Shown here in pieces: positions 52,687-64,000 of a stretch of 64,000 nt of DNA. Under the pieces are notes generated by a model. That model made no database searches. It had not been told where the DNA came from and saw nothing but the letters and a program-made list of their open reading frames with translations. The position numbers and the translations under genes were made by a program. Source of the stretch: Haliotis rufescens (taxonomy: Eukaryota). Numbering within the stretch: position 1 is the stretch's first letter; the number at the start of each line of letters is the position of its first letter. The stretch lies in assembly GCF_023055435.1 (NCBI RefSeq), contig NW_025963913.1, positions 5,642,001 through 5,706,000 on the forward strand. The letters run 5' to 3'.

Positions 52687-54755
52687 AGGGGCACTGATCT
52701 AACGCAATTCCCCGGACTGGTTGTTGCCTTTGTTATTGTTTTTTTCCCCGTGAGTACCCGGATGATACGCAACGCAACTGAGCGTGACCAGAGACTGGGC
52801 TACCGTCTGCAAGGACAGCTAAATAAACTTGGAGGCTGGAGGCAATATTTGTTTTACGCATTTTTGCATAAACACTGATTGGTTAACTGTGATCTATAAA
52901 GATTTCGACAAAGGGCGCATGTTAATTAATTTCTTCAGCCTAAACAAACAGACAAAAAGAACAGCGGAGCTCATCGGATGTCGTCATTTGGAAATACCCA
53001 AGATGGTTATAGTTTAATACTAAAAAAAGTATCCATGCAGTGAAAGCATTTTCGTATTTCGGCTTGCGTCGATAATACGATTACTACTCCCTTGTTGTCA
53101 TCCACGTTTTCTCCTATAACCCTACACTTGTGTATTTGTCGTCATTCACTTGATGCTCAGTTAATGAATTTATTACAGGTACAATTAGTGGTAGCACCAC
53201 TTAGATTACCTGACAAAGGTTCCCATTTGGCATTTATTGTGTCTGGGGTAATTATTCAATCTATATCCAGGTTTGAAGTGAGGTGAAATGAGTGTTATGT
53301 AATATGCACGTGGCAGCCCAGCAAGAGATGAATGATCAGTTGATTTTGTTGTTGTTGTAAATCAACGGATCGTTCCTAGTCATCAAAGGATTAACAGAAA
53401 ATACGTTGATTGATTAATCACTGTTACCTAGCACAGTGGATATGTCAAGAGTGAGTGTTTACATGTCTAGGTTTACTAAAACAAAGGGAATACACTCATA
53501 CCATGGCGTGAAGTGCCGATGTAAAAACAACATACTTTGTTCAAAGGGTTAACTGATAATACGTTGATTGATTGATCATTGTTATCTATCACTCAATGGA
53601 TTTTTTAGGAACCGTGGACGTTATGAAAATAGTTGTCACGTGGGCTTTCTCAGCCGACCATTGAGACTTGGCACCTATGTAAAACACCTGAAACAATCCA
53701 AGTGATCAGTTGAGAAACGAACACGGGTTATAATATCCCGAAACGATATATATCTTTTAAAATATTTGATTGTTACTGAGACACGTGACATCGAATAAGT
53801 TTCTTTGTACAGCTGCAGACGAGTGGGATATTGTTCCTTTGTGTGGATATTCACGGATACATTCCTTGAACAAGGAAGCTGCCTAAAATTTATACACATA
53901 AATTTGGTAGGTTGTAATTATGATATTTGCATTTTGTTTTCCTTCATTTGAACCGATTCGTTCTTATTTCTCTACGTCTTGGTTGGGAAATTCTTCAATG
54001 CGCGATAGAGGTTGTTTTCACAGGTCTTTTCCTTTGTAAGCGTGTATATATTACCGTCAATTTGTAAAGTGTGATTCACTCAGGCAATTTATAAAATGTG
54101 TAAATATTTCAGTCATTTTGACTAAAAAATCTGTCCAGATTGATTAAGACGATCAAAAGGGCCTACAAACATCACAACAGATTACCATGTAGGATTAGAA
54201 GCCAAACAACATAGAAGTGTACTTTTCAACGTAACATTTTCAGTCTCTTGGTGATGACATTAAACATCAAAATGTTTGGAATTCGTTATCATAATAATAC
54301 AGATGGAAATGTTTTTCAGTCACTTTGTACAATAACTGAATATTTAGACGTTTAATAAATTTGTTACACATTTGACAGTAAAAAAATATAAACACTATAA
54401 AAAAAAGCAATACTCAGGTGAAATATTTACTTTGTGTTGCAAGTCAAAATAGTGTAAACGAAAATCGCGAAAATTACAAAGCAAGTGACTTATCAAAACT
54501 TCGTCACCATTACCGATGCTACCCACAAAGATACCTACATTTCCTTATTATCTCGAAAACTGTATTTCATTTTGTTGATCAATGTGACCGTACGCCCTTA
54601 TTACTACCCATAAAAGTGACTAATGCGTTTACGAATGGCGCAGCAGAGGTCGCGAACTAGTCTAGATTTCTGCTATACATCCGGGTACTCACTGGGAAAA
54701 AACAATAACAAAGGCAACAACCAGTCCCGGGGAATTGCGTTAGATCAGTGCCCCT
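52687..54755. mobile_element. Non-autonomous DNA transposon, about 78-bp TIRs, TTAA target duplication (Kolobok-like)
   Basis: TTAA|AGGGGCACTGATCTAACGCAATTCCCCGG...CCCGGATG versus CATCCGGG...CCGGGGAATTGCGTTAGATCAGTGCCCCT|TTAA. RR termini with TTAA fit Kolobok rather than piggyBac. Confidence 0.85.
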
Positions 54756-55429
54756 TTAATAGTTCTAGCCCACTGAGATAAAATACCACAATTTAACATG
54801 ATTACCCCACTCAAATACAGTACACTAACTCCGATCACATGACAGGCGTACTGATTCAATTATTGCGAATGGATATTTGACTGGTCAGCGATATGTTGAC
54901 GAAAGTTTGCGTCCTGTCGTTCTTCCCCTCGCTAGAATTATCGGCTGAAATTTTGAACTGTATGATGACTATACGTGACCACATCTTATCCAGATTGTCA
55001 CCGATTATCTCCGATGAGAAGGAATACGAACATTGGACTGGTCCGCTAACCCCTTGACATGTCCCCAATACAGCATCAGCAGGATGTTCTCGGACAGAGG
55101 ACGTACGCCAGAGACCCAGCACCCGCCAGTGTGGCCTGGCTAGGGTTGGTCTTCTTGCGGAATGGCGGGCAATACCAAAGGCAACCATATGCAAGTTGAC
55201 CAACAGTATGTCATCAAGGTTTTGTGCATATATCGCCCGACATGATTGACGCATCAAGATATTGATTTGCACGCCGAAGATTTAGATATTTATCGTCATT
55301 ACATCTTCACTATCATTTCATTAGTTCTCTTCTTTTATGTCGGTAGTGTTTTTATTGTTTTTTAGATGACTTGAACTGGTAGTTTCTACACTATTTCTAT
55401 TTCTTACAAGATATGCAAGATATGAGGTC

Positions 55430-56150
55430 ACGCACTCAAACACACACAAATCATACATAAGCACACAGGCACAAGCAAACACACACACACACACACACAC
55501 AGCGCACACGCACAAACACATACACCCACACCCCCGAACACAAACACACAAACATTCACAAACATACACACATAAACACGCAAACACACAGACAGACACA
55601 CACACGCACACATACATACACAGACACACACATACACACAGAGACACACACACAGAGACATACACAGACACACATACACATACCACAGGTACAATGGAAA
55701 ACGACATTTAGTGCAAGAGGAGTGAACTACATTAGATGTAATTTATTTATTTGAATAAATAAATGATGTATTTTTCATGTATCTTTAACCCATATTTTGT
55801 ACGAATATTGAATATAACTCAAATATTGAGTATATTTTTAACGATGTAGAATGAGGTTGGGGATTTTCTAAAAAGCGAATAGTACCTTCTGTTCTGAAAT
55901 AGAAATGTTGACTGGACTGAAACTATATGTATGTTTTGAAATGCTCACACACAGACACACAGACACACGCACGCACGGACGTACGCACACACACACACGC
56001 ACGCACACACACGACCATCATACACTCACACCACCAACACCACGCACACACATTCATACACACACCCACACTCACACCAAAACAAGAACAAGAACAAGAA
56101 CAAGAAAAACAACAAGAACAAGAACAACAACAACAACAACAACAGCAATA
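55430..56150. repeat. Two imperfect (CA)n tracts plus (CAAGAA)n/(CAA)n
   Basis: Directly visible at 55430-55690 and 55945-56150. Confidence 0.9.
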
Positions 56151-56970
56151 AAGCAAATGCAACACACATCCCCGAATATTAAATGAGCGGCCTTAGAACC
56201 CTAAACAGTCTTTTCAAGTCGCATAACTCTGAGGTCTTTGTGGTCTTATGTCTCTTAATAATGTTATAACTTGGGGTTTCTTTTCAAATCTAGTGACCCA
56301 AATTCAATGTCACAGTATTTTTAAAATTAGTTCTCAGCTTTTAAGCATGCCCAAATTACACAACAAATTCAAACACCTTGAACAGGTTGGTGAATGGCTC
56401 GACAGCAGCGAGTGCAAACTGTCACTTTGTTATCTTCAGACATTATTTGTCGAATATGTTACTGTATGAGTACGCTTGCAGCGTAACGTCCCATGCTTGT
56501 TTTAGCTAATGCTATACAGTTTTAGCTGAGCTGGGTGGTAGATAGGCCTGTGCCTTACAAAGTCTCACTGACAGAAATTGTAAGCACTATTCGGAAAAGC
56601 ACAAAAGAATCTATCAGATTTATTCAAAAGTCCATGCTGGGATCTTCAATGAAATAACAATTCCCATAGTAAAGTGAATGGTTATTAATAGTATCTACAA
56701 ACTGTGCTCCGTCGTCACTATGGGCACAGACATAAAGATTTCAATGCGTTCTGCTGTAGGGATCTCATGACGTTTTCACTGCAGTGAACCACGTGTCACC
56801 TTTAGACCAATGTCAGAGAGCCTTATTTACTGAATCTGAAGTTAGGGCAGTGTAAGGCCCTGTTACTATGTAAACATATACATAATGGACGTCATGACAG
56901 TTTTTGCGACACTCTGCTTCTAACAGCTTTGGCAAAAAGATCTGCTGCCCCAAAGCCTTCCGCAGTCAAA

Positions 56971-58639
56971 ATGGCTGAAATTGATTTGGAGAACCGTGAT
57001 CCTAACAATATCAACGACCATTTGAAGGTAAACTTTTGGGCATAAAGTTATAAAAGCGTGATTTAAAGTTTCCATTAGTTATTGGTTTTTATCCCCCGCC
57101 AAACAAAGTTGGCGGGGGATATAGAAACGGGCTCCGTCCGTCCGTCCGTCTCGTTTCGTTTCCGGAGCATAACTTAGAAACCGTTCAATATTTTTTCATC
57201 AAACTTTGCAGGTCTGTCAGGTACATATTGAACTGGTGCCTTTTGCTATTTAAATTTTTTTGAAATTTTTATTTTTTACGTTTCCATGGCAACAAGATGG
57301 ACTTTGGTTCTGTGAGGTAAAGGTTCGTTTCCGGAGCATTACTCATAAACCGTTCAATATTTTTTCATCAAACTTTGCGGGTTTGTCAGGTACATGCCGA
57401 ACTGGTGCCCTTTTGCTATTTAAATTTTTTTGAAATTTTTATTTTTTACGTTTCCATGTCAACAAGATGGACTTAGGTTCCAAACTCTTCTTTTATTTAC
57501 AATTTCCATGACAAATTCCACCTCGGTTAAAAAAGGTTAGGGTTTGTTTAGATTTATTTATGTCATAAATTCTGCAACAGGGGCGGGGGATATAGCCACG
57601 ATAGTGGCAAACTCTTGTTATTCTTGTGTTTATTTTTGTATTCTTGAGTATGTGGCATTTGATTGAAGTGCCTAAACAAACAGAGCGTGACCTGATCGAG
57701 CTGTGAGAAAATATTAAATGATGTTACTTTTTCAGAATGTTTCATTAATGTTCCCCTTCGGAAAATATACATCTTCATGGATTAACTACCTTTGTATATT
57801 AGGAAACGAATGAAAAGAGGGGGTTAGTAAGTGAGTTATAACAGTCTTATGGGGTAAGAGGTAAATGATGCAGAATTTGTACCCATGAGAACGGGTTTGG
57901 TACTGTCAAGCCACGATCATAGGATTCTTGCACATGGAAGGGAAACAACCAACTCAGCGAATGCCGCGCGACGCGCTATCCGTGCCCGATAAAGGAAAAA
58001 AGAACATAGATTTGTAAGATATTCAAATTAAAAGATTAAACACGTACTCACAGCTTTAGCCTCAGCATACTTTATCACGGACTTTGTTTTTGCACGTTAG
58101 GTTATCGTTTTTACAGACAAAACATGTTTAAGTACGTTTGTACCTGATTAGGGGATATTCAAATTTCTTGGTTACAATAAACGTGCCAATCATGTGCACT
58201 ATACCTTTTGAAATAGTGTCGATATTATATTGTCATTAATCTAGGCATGAGTGAAGTATGAGGTGTGAATCAAATGTGTCCTAACTAACGTTCTGCTATC
58301 GCAATCCAACAGGTCCAGTTTGAGGATGTCTTGGCTGAGCCCGAAGGTGCCCACAGCATTGACTGTTGCTGGAAGTTTACCAACACATGCTTCAACTGCG
58401 CCTTCAAATGCTGCTACATGTTGATGACCCTGTGTGGACCTCTCTACGGCCTCTACTACGGTTGGAGTTACGCCATGCTTGCCTGTGCTCACGTGTGGCA
58501 GTACACACCACAGATCAGAGCTTGTGAGATCAACTGCATCATGATGCGGAAAATATACACCATCTGCCTCAACTGCTGCCTGACGCCATGCTGCGAGTCC
58601 TGTGGCGCTATCTTTAGTAGGATACAAGTTAAGAAGTAA
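56971..58639 (+). CDS. Caveolin-like gene unit 12 (B), 127 aa; exons 56971-57027 + 58313-58639
   Basis: Exon 1 MAEIDLENRDPNNINDHLK|GTAAAC; CAG acceptor; exon 2 ends FSRIQVKK*. AATAAA at 59004. Confidence 0.95.
57086..57619 (+). mobile_element. Helentron-associated non-autonomous element (HINE / DINE-1 / pearl-like) in the unit-12 intron
   Basis: T-run; 5' atcccccgcc...ggcgggggat inverted repeat; (TCCG)n; two tandem core repeats of about 170 bp; 3' subTIR ggcgggggatata; GCCAC-gata-GTGGC hairpin; ends in TT. Confidence 0.8.
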
Positions 58640-59309
58640 TGCAAGAATGAGCGGGACGGTTCTGACAGAAATTGCGTTAGCTGGACTTCCCGACCCGAAC
58701 CTCACACGTTTTTGACATCAGCAGTTAACATCAGCACACCCATGGTGTCTTCCATGACGTAGTCCACAATGTGATTTATGTAGTTACTGGACGAGGCCTG
58801 GTCAGTTGTCTTATAGATTTTCTACTTGGGCTATATTCTTACTTTCGTCTTGGACACTAAGGACTGTTAAGGACTTTCGCATGTCGACGTTCACATGCTC
58901 CCTTTGTTCTTTGTGTACAAGGAACTTGATTTCGACATTATTCCGTTACTAGGGCAACGACATCGTGAACTGTACATATCTATATTCTTTGCACTTCTGT
59001 GATAATAAACTTGTCTGTTATATACCAATTTATTTGTTATAATTTGAAGGTGAGGTGAGGGAAATGGGGTTTAACGTCGCGTTCATGATTATTGCACTTA
59101 TATAGCGNNNNNNNNNNNNNNNNNNNNNNNNNNNNNNNNNNNNNNNNNNNNNNNNNNNNNNNNNNNNNNNNNNNNNNNNNNNNNNNNNNNNNNNNNNNNN
59201 NNNNNNNNNNNNNNNNNNNNNNNNNNNNNNNNNNNNNNNNNNNNNNNNNNNNNNNNNNTATAAGTCAGCACATGATCATCAGATAATCGTTTCAACGTGA
59301 GTGTAAGTT

Positions 59310-59690
59310 AAGTGAATATGTTAGAATTCGGAGCAACGCTTTTCTACAACTATAACGTCGCGTTGAAGACATATATAGCTTTAATAGCGAGGTGTATGCA
59401 CGTGCGTCTATGTCTGCTTGTACGAGTCCGGACTATTGTCGGTTTTTATAGTGCTAGCACACTGAAATACCATGCTGCAGTTTAACATGAATACCCTACT
59501 CATGAACAGTAAACCTACTCCTTGCCGACCAGTCCTTGCTTTAACCTCTTAATGTCGAGCGCCAGGCAGGGTAACAACAAGTACCATCTTTTTACGTCTT
59601 TTGGTTTGACGCGCCCGGGAATCGAACCCCGACCTTCCGCTCTCCGGGCAGACGCTCTAACACCAGGGAGTCGGTATCTCGCGCTTGGAA
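59310..59690 (-). mobile_element. tRNA-derived SINE (third family)
   Basis: Reverse strand gttagagcgtctgcccggagagcggaaggtcggGGTTCGATTCCcggg head followed by a non-tRNA body. Confidence 0.65.
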
Positions 59691-59804
59691 ATCATCATGA
59701 TGATGATGTTTGATACAGATCAATAACAGAAACAGTTGATACTTATAACAATAAAATTATGCAATATGAGGAAGGGTAGGTCATATCTGGGGTGAAAGTA
59801 TAAA

Positions 59805-60190
59805 GTAATAATAATAATAAGTGCATTTATAATGCGCCAGATTCCATTCACCAAGTGGATGCTCATAGCGCTACATTATTATTACCCCGGTCAATGGACC
59901 TGTGAGCACTCGATTTTCATTCTCAGCTCCCTGGGGAGTATACAACCGAAGCTGCCTGTGGGGCGCTAGAAGATTAACAGCCACATTACCCTCACATCCT
60001 ACCGGGTACCCACTCACTGCTGGGCACATTTCGAACAAAGTCACTTGCCTAAGGAGACTGCACATGTGGTACATGTGCTTCAGTGTGGGGCAGGACCGAA
60101 GTCCTAGAAAAACCCAGGAGTCAAGCTCAACGTGGTCACCCATCCAACTACTGTCCGAGACCGACGTTGCTTAACTTCACCTGATTAGTG
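59805..60190 (-). mobile_element. 5S rRNA-derived SINE (SINE3-type)
   Basis: Reverse strand GAAGTTAAGCAACGTCGGTCTCGGACAGTAGTTGGATGGGTGACC (5S internal control region), non-5S body, (ATT)n tail. Confidence 0.7.
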
Positions 60191-60649
60191 CTCTGTGCGC
60201 TGTGCACTGTGCACTTATTTAATCACACCAACAAGCAAACGAAACTATATGACCACATAAGATAAGAAAGGTTGTAAATGGGATCACAGGGGATGATCTT
60301 TGATGAGTGTTGGGGCATGGGTAGCCCTGTGAGGCAAGGCGCCGCAGATTGCCTTGTAAGTTGTTTCCCTTGTGCGTGTCAGAACCCTGGTTTTTTTTAC
60401 TCGAATCCAGATTCTCCCTGATTATAATTACAGATTTGTCAGCATTGTGTCTTTTGTTGTTGGTGCGTTCGAATTCCCGATAATGATCGTTGGCATCTCA
60501 GCACCATACCCATCTTCGTAGGCCTCTTTGGGCCGTTCTCTAACAATATGCTGGTACACCATACTATAATTACAAAACCAGTTCAAATATACATTTAACA
60601 CTCAATCACTCGCCCACCCAAATCTACCCAAGCACTCACTCACACACTC

Positions 60650-61358
60650 CGTATATGCCTCCAACGGATACCGTATTCATCCGTACATGCCCCCAACGGA
60701 TACCGTATTCATCTGTACACGCCCCCTTCGGATACCGTATTTATCCGTATATGCCCCAAACGGATACCGTATTCATCTGTACACGCCCCCTACGGATATC
60801 GTATTCATCCGTACACGCCCCCTACGGATACCGTATTCATCCGTACATGCCCCCTACGGATACCGTATTCATCCGTACATGCCCCCTACGGATACCGTAT
60901 TCATCCGTACATGCCCCCAACGGATATCGTATTCATCCGTACATGCCCTCAACGGATACCGTATTCATCCGTACATGCCCTCAACGGATATCGTATTTAT
61001 CCGTACACGCCCCCTACGGATACCGTATTCATCCGTACATGCCCCCTACGGATACCGTATTCATCCGTACATGCCCCCAACGGATACCGTATTCATCCGT
61101 ACATGCCCCCTACGGATACCGTATTCATCCGTACATGCCCCCTACGGATACCGTATTCATCCGTACATGCCCCCAACGGATACCGTATTCATCCGTACAC
61201 GCCCCCTGCGGATACCGCATTTATCTGTCCAGGACCCCAAGGGATACCGCATTTATCCGTACATGGCCCAAATGGATACCGCATTTATCCGTATATGACC
61301 CAAAGGGATATCGTATTTTTATCCGTATATGACCCCAAAGGATACCGTATTCATCCGT
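60650..61358. repeat. 32-bp minisatellite (CGGATACCGTATTCATCCGTACATGCCCCCWA), about 22 copies
   Basis: 32-bp period; 32-aa periodic ORFs in three frames. Confidence 0.96.
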
Positions 61359-61964
61359 TGGCTTTATCCTGCCGTGAAACCTACCCTTAATATAATATAT
61401 ACCAATATTTTAAACATCTGATAAAAAATTCGTAATACACAAATTATAGCAAGGAAGACATTCATTTAAAACAGCAGCATTTACAAGTGTCTTTCCAATA
61501 CCAAGAACATATTTTAAATTTCTTTTATGGAAATGTTCCAAAACATCCCATTTATGCTAACCCTATATCTCAGAGCAGTGTAATAGAATGGGTTCTATTT
61601 GGCAGAATTTCAGCAGAAAGACATTCGGCAAAAAATCGTGGTGCACGATATTTCAGTTTCTACCGCAACTCTCACATGGGAGGAAGTGCCTTTTCTGACT
61701 TGACATAAACAAGCCTTGACTTTGAGCATACAAGTCTATTTGTAGAAATAATACCCAAGAAACTGTAATTGGTTGAATTTTTTTTAAAACCTCAATTCCG
61801 TTTTCTTAATTATTACGGAAAGCCCGAAAATCCATTTTATCAAAATTAATTTTCATGCCCCACTTAGTTTGACCAGGTTAAACATGCATCAAAGTTAGTT
61901 ATCAAGAATGCATTGGACTCGATTCCAAAACGCACCTCTCTCCTAGTACAATAGGTAAATAAAT

Positions 61965-62530
61965 GCATCTGACTCATACCCTAGAATGTTACACGGTTGT
62001 TATTGCGCCGGGTGTATATAGAACATGTTTGACCCCGGGCCATATGTGTATGATTCGTGACTAGAATATGTCAGAATGTGTCTAACTCGTGAATCCATAA
62101 GGTGTCTGACTCGTTCTAGAAAAATGCTTGTCTTGTGTCTAACTCGTACCCAGAGTGTCTGGGTATATGTCTGTCTTGTATCCAGAATATGTCTGTTTTG
62201 TATAAAGAATGTGTCTGACACGAACCCAAAATATGTTTGTCTTGTATCAAGAATATATCTGTCTTTTATCCAGAATGTTTCAGAATTGTGTCTTACTCGT
62301 ACCCAGAAAGTGTCTGAATGTGTCTGATACGAATATGTCTGTCTTGTATCCATGATGTGTCTGACACGAACCCAGAATATGTCTGTATTGTATCCATGAT
62401 GTGCCTGACTCGTATCCGGGATGCTTCTGACTTGTCTGACTCGTATCCATAGTATGTCTGACGTGTACCCAGAATGTGCCTGAATGTAACTGACCCGTAA
62501 CCAGAATATGTCTGTCTTGTATCTCGAGCT
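61965..62530. repeat. Degenerate tandem repeat (gtctgactcgtacccagaat-like)
   Basis: Recurring tgtctga / ctcgta / ccagaat motifs. Confidence 0.75.
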
Positions 62531-63164
62531 TCACGACACTAGTTTCAAATGGCGACTTCCATTCCAGATACACTTTGAAATATGTGTTGACAAAATGCCG
62601 ATTCAAAATTTGAAAACTGAACAAAAGAAAAGTCAGTAATGTCTAATGGATGGGTGGGATTGTATGGCAGTATGCTGTGGAAGGTATCTTGTATTTCAAA
62701 TGTTTGTCCCATTGAAACGAAAGATAAACAACGTCTAGCAATTGGAATCGGTCGTACAGTCCGTAACTGTCGTTCTGAATGCCAGATGCTGACCTAATTA
62801 GAATACACAGTCGGACTTTTACTTCGATTACCGCTCTGATTTGTGGGATAAAAGACCGTTCTGACAGGACCTGTTATGGAAAGTCCTCAGATCTCTGTGT
62901 AGCGGTAGCGAGCACTATGACCTAAGTTTAATAAGATTGATTAATGATTTACTCATATACTCCATAATACACATCAACAACCATGCTGCATTGTAGCCGT
63001 ATCTTTTGCAGTCTGTGCTGCAAAAGTGGTACCCTTAAACAAAGTACAAACTTGACCCCCATTGGTGATTTCACGTGAGTCTTATATGTTATTGGAAAAT
63101 GTTGGTGGCCTGATATTCTACAAGCGGTGCGTCAAAACGCACCACATCATCCTACACCACAAGA

Positions 63165-63752
63165 TCTGACTTGGTTGTGGTTCAGGGAAATTTGACAGCA
63201 ATTCTTCAACCTCACATTCTTCCAATCATTGACTGCCAGAGGGAGCCGTTTCAACAGGACAACGCACCACCGCACACAGCTCGTGTCACGGTAGACTACC
63301 TCCATAATGCCATATCAACGTCTTGCCCTGGCCGTCCAGATTTCCAGATCTCAACCCAATCGAACACCTCTGGGATGAACTCGATCGACGTGTACGTCAA
63401 GGTTTGAACTTGCCGCAGACACTCCCACAATTGTCAACGCGTTACAAGCAGAATGGCGCGGAATTTCGCAGGACAGAATTCGTACACTTATCCAGTTAGT
63501 TCCGAGGAGATGCAGATCCGTGATTGCTGCCCGGGGCGGTCACACGAGATACTCAGCTCAGCGCCACCTTGAGGCCTTATGAGACATGACAATGAACAGT
63601 TTACAATGCCTTCGTACAACGACAACATGTGACTATCGATCTCCAACATTTCATATTTGTATCTATGATATTAAAATAAAATAGATCGACTTTATTAGGT
63701 ACAATAAATTTACTAAAAATCTACCTCTGCGTTTCTTGTTTCGAAGCGTGTA
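63165..63752 (+). mobile_element. 3' half of a Tc1-like element
   Basis: [27 protein letters not shown], followed by a TIR-like end ...ttcgaagcgtgta. Confidence 0.85.
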
Positions 63753-64000
63753 CATCAATGATGAGATCCATTCTTCTACAAGCGCACTTCAAACTTAATT
63801 CTTAAAAACACTACAATACAAACAAATACAGGTTTCACTCTGTGGTGTAATTCCCGTGCTTATTAATATACAAATAGTTGATTTATCATAATATATCAAC
63901 AGACGAAAGTGTCATATGTATTCAACATTCCTGTGCCATGTCCACAAACAGCAAAGAATTCACTATGCATAGCAGCTCTCGAATTATTCAACGTGTCTAC

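Noticed and set aside
55321-56186. Cys/Val- or His/Thr-rich ORFs
   Set aside because: Translations of (CA)n and (CAA)n microsatellites.
2008-58639. Eleven intact genes matching the 11-mer stoichiometry of CAV1
   Set aside because: Coincidence: the array is truncated by the window edge and contains gaps.
60134-60178. 5S rRNA gene
   Set aside because: Only the internal segment matches, and it is fused to a SINE body.
60655-61390. Three overlapping Pro-rich ORFs
   Set aside because: Artefact of the 32-bp tandem repeat.

Overview
AT-rich animal genomic DNA with spliceosomal GT-AG introns, SINEs, Tc1 relics and four N-gaps. The repeat content suggests a mollusc, possibly a gastropod such as abalone; that is inference only. 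The window is dominated by a head-to-tail + strand array of 12 two-exon caveolin-family units. Ten are complete genes (127-134 aa), one has exon 1 apparently just upstream of the window, and one is an internally deleted pseudogene. Each has a short exon 1 ending ...NRDPxxxNDHxK, a phase-0 intron, and an exon 2 starting at the caveolin signature FEDV(I/L)(G/A)EPEG. The supplied ORF track misses this splicing. There are two subfamilies, A (units 1-2) and B (units 3-12), both very Cys-rich. Exon 2 is nearly homogenised while introns have diverged, yet every copy encodes a different protein from a shuffled set of variable sites, consistent with gene conversion. Diverged copies share an E-box-N11-CCAAT promoter module, a forkhead/TATA-like motif and a Pumilio-type element about 30 nt before the polyA signal. 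Spacers contain Tc1 relics, a TTAA-flanked Kolobok-like element, a Helentron-associated element, tRNA- and 5S-derived SINEs, Penelope-like fragments with a minimal hammerhead ribozyme, and minisatellites.
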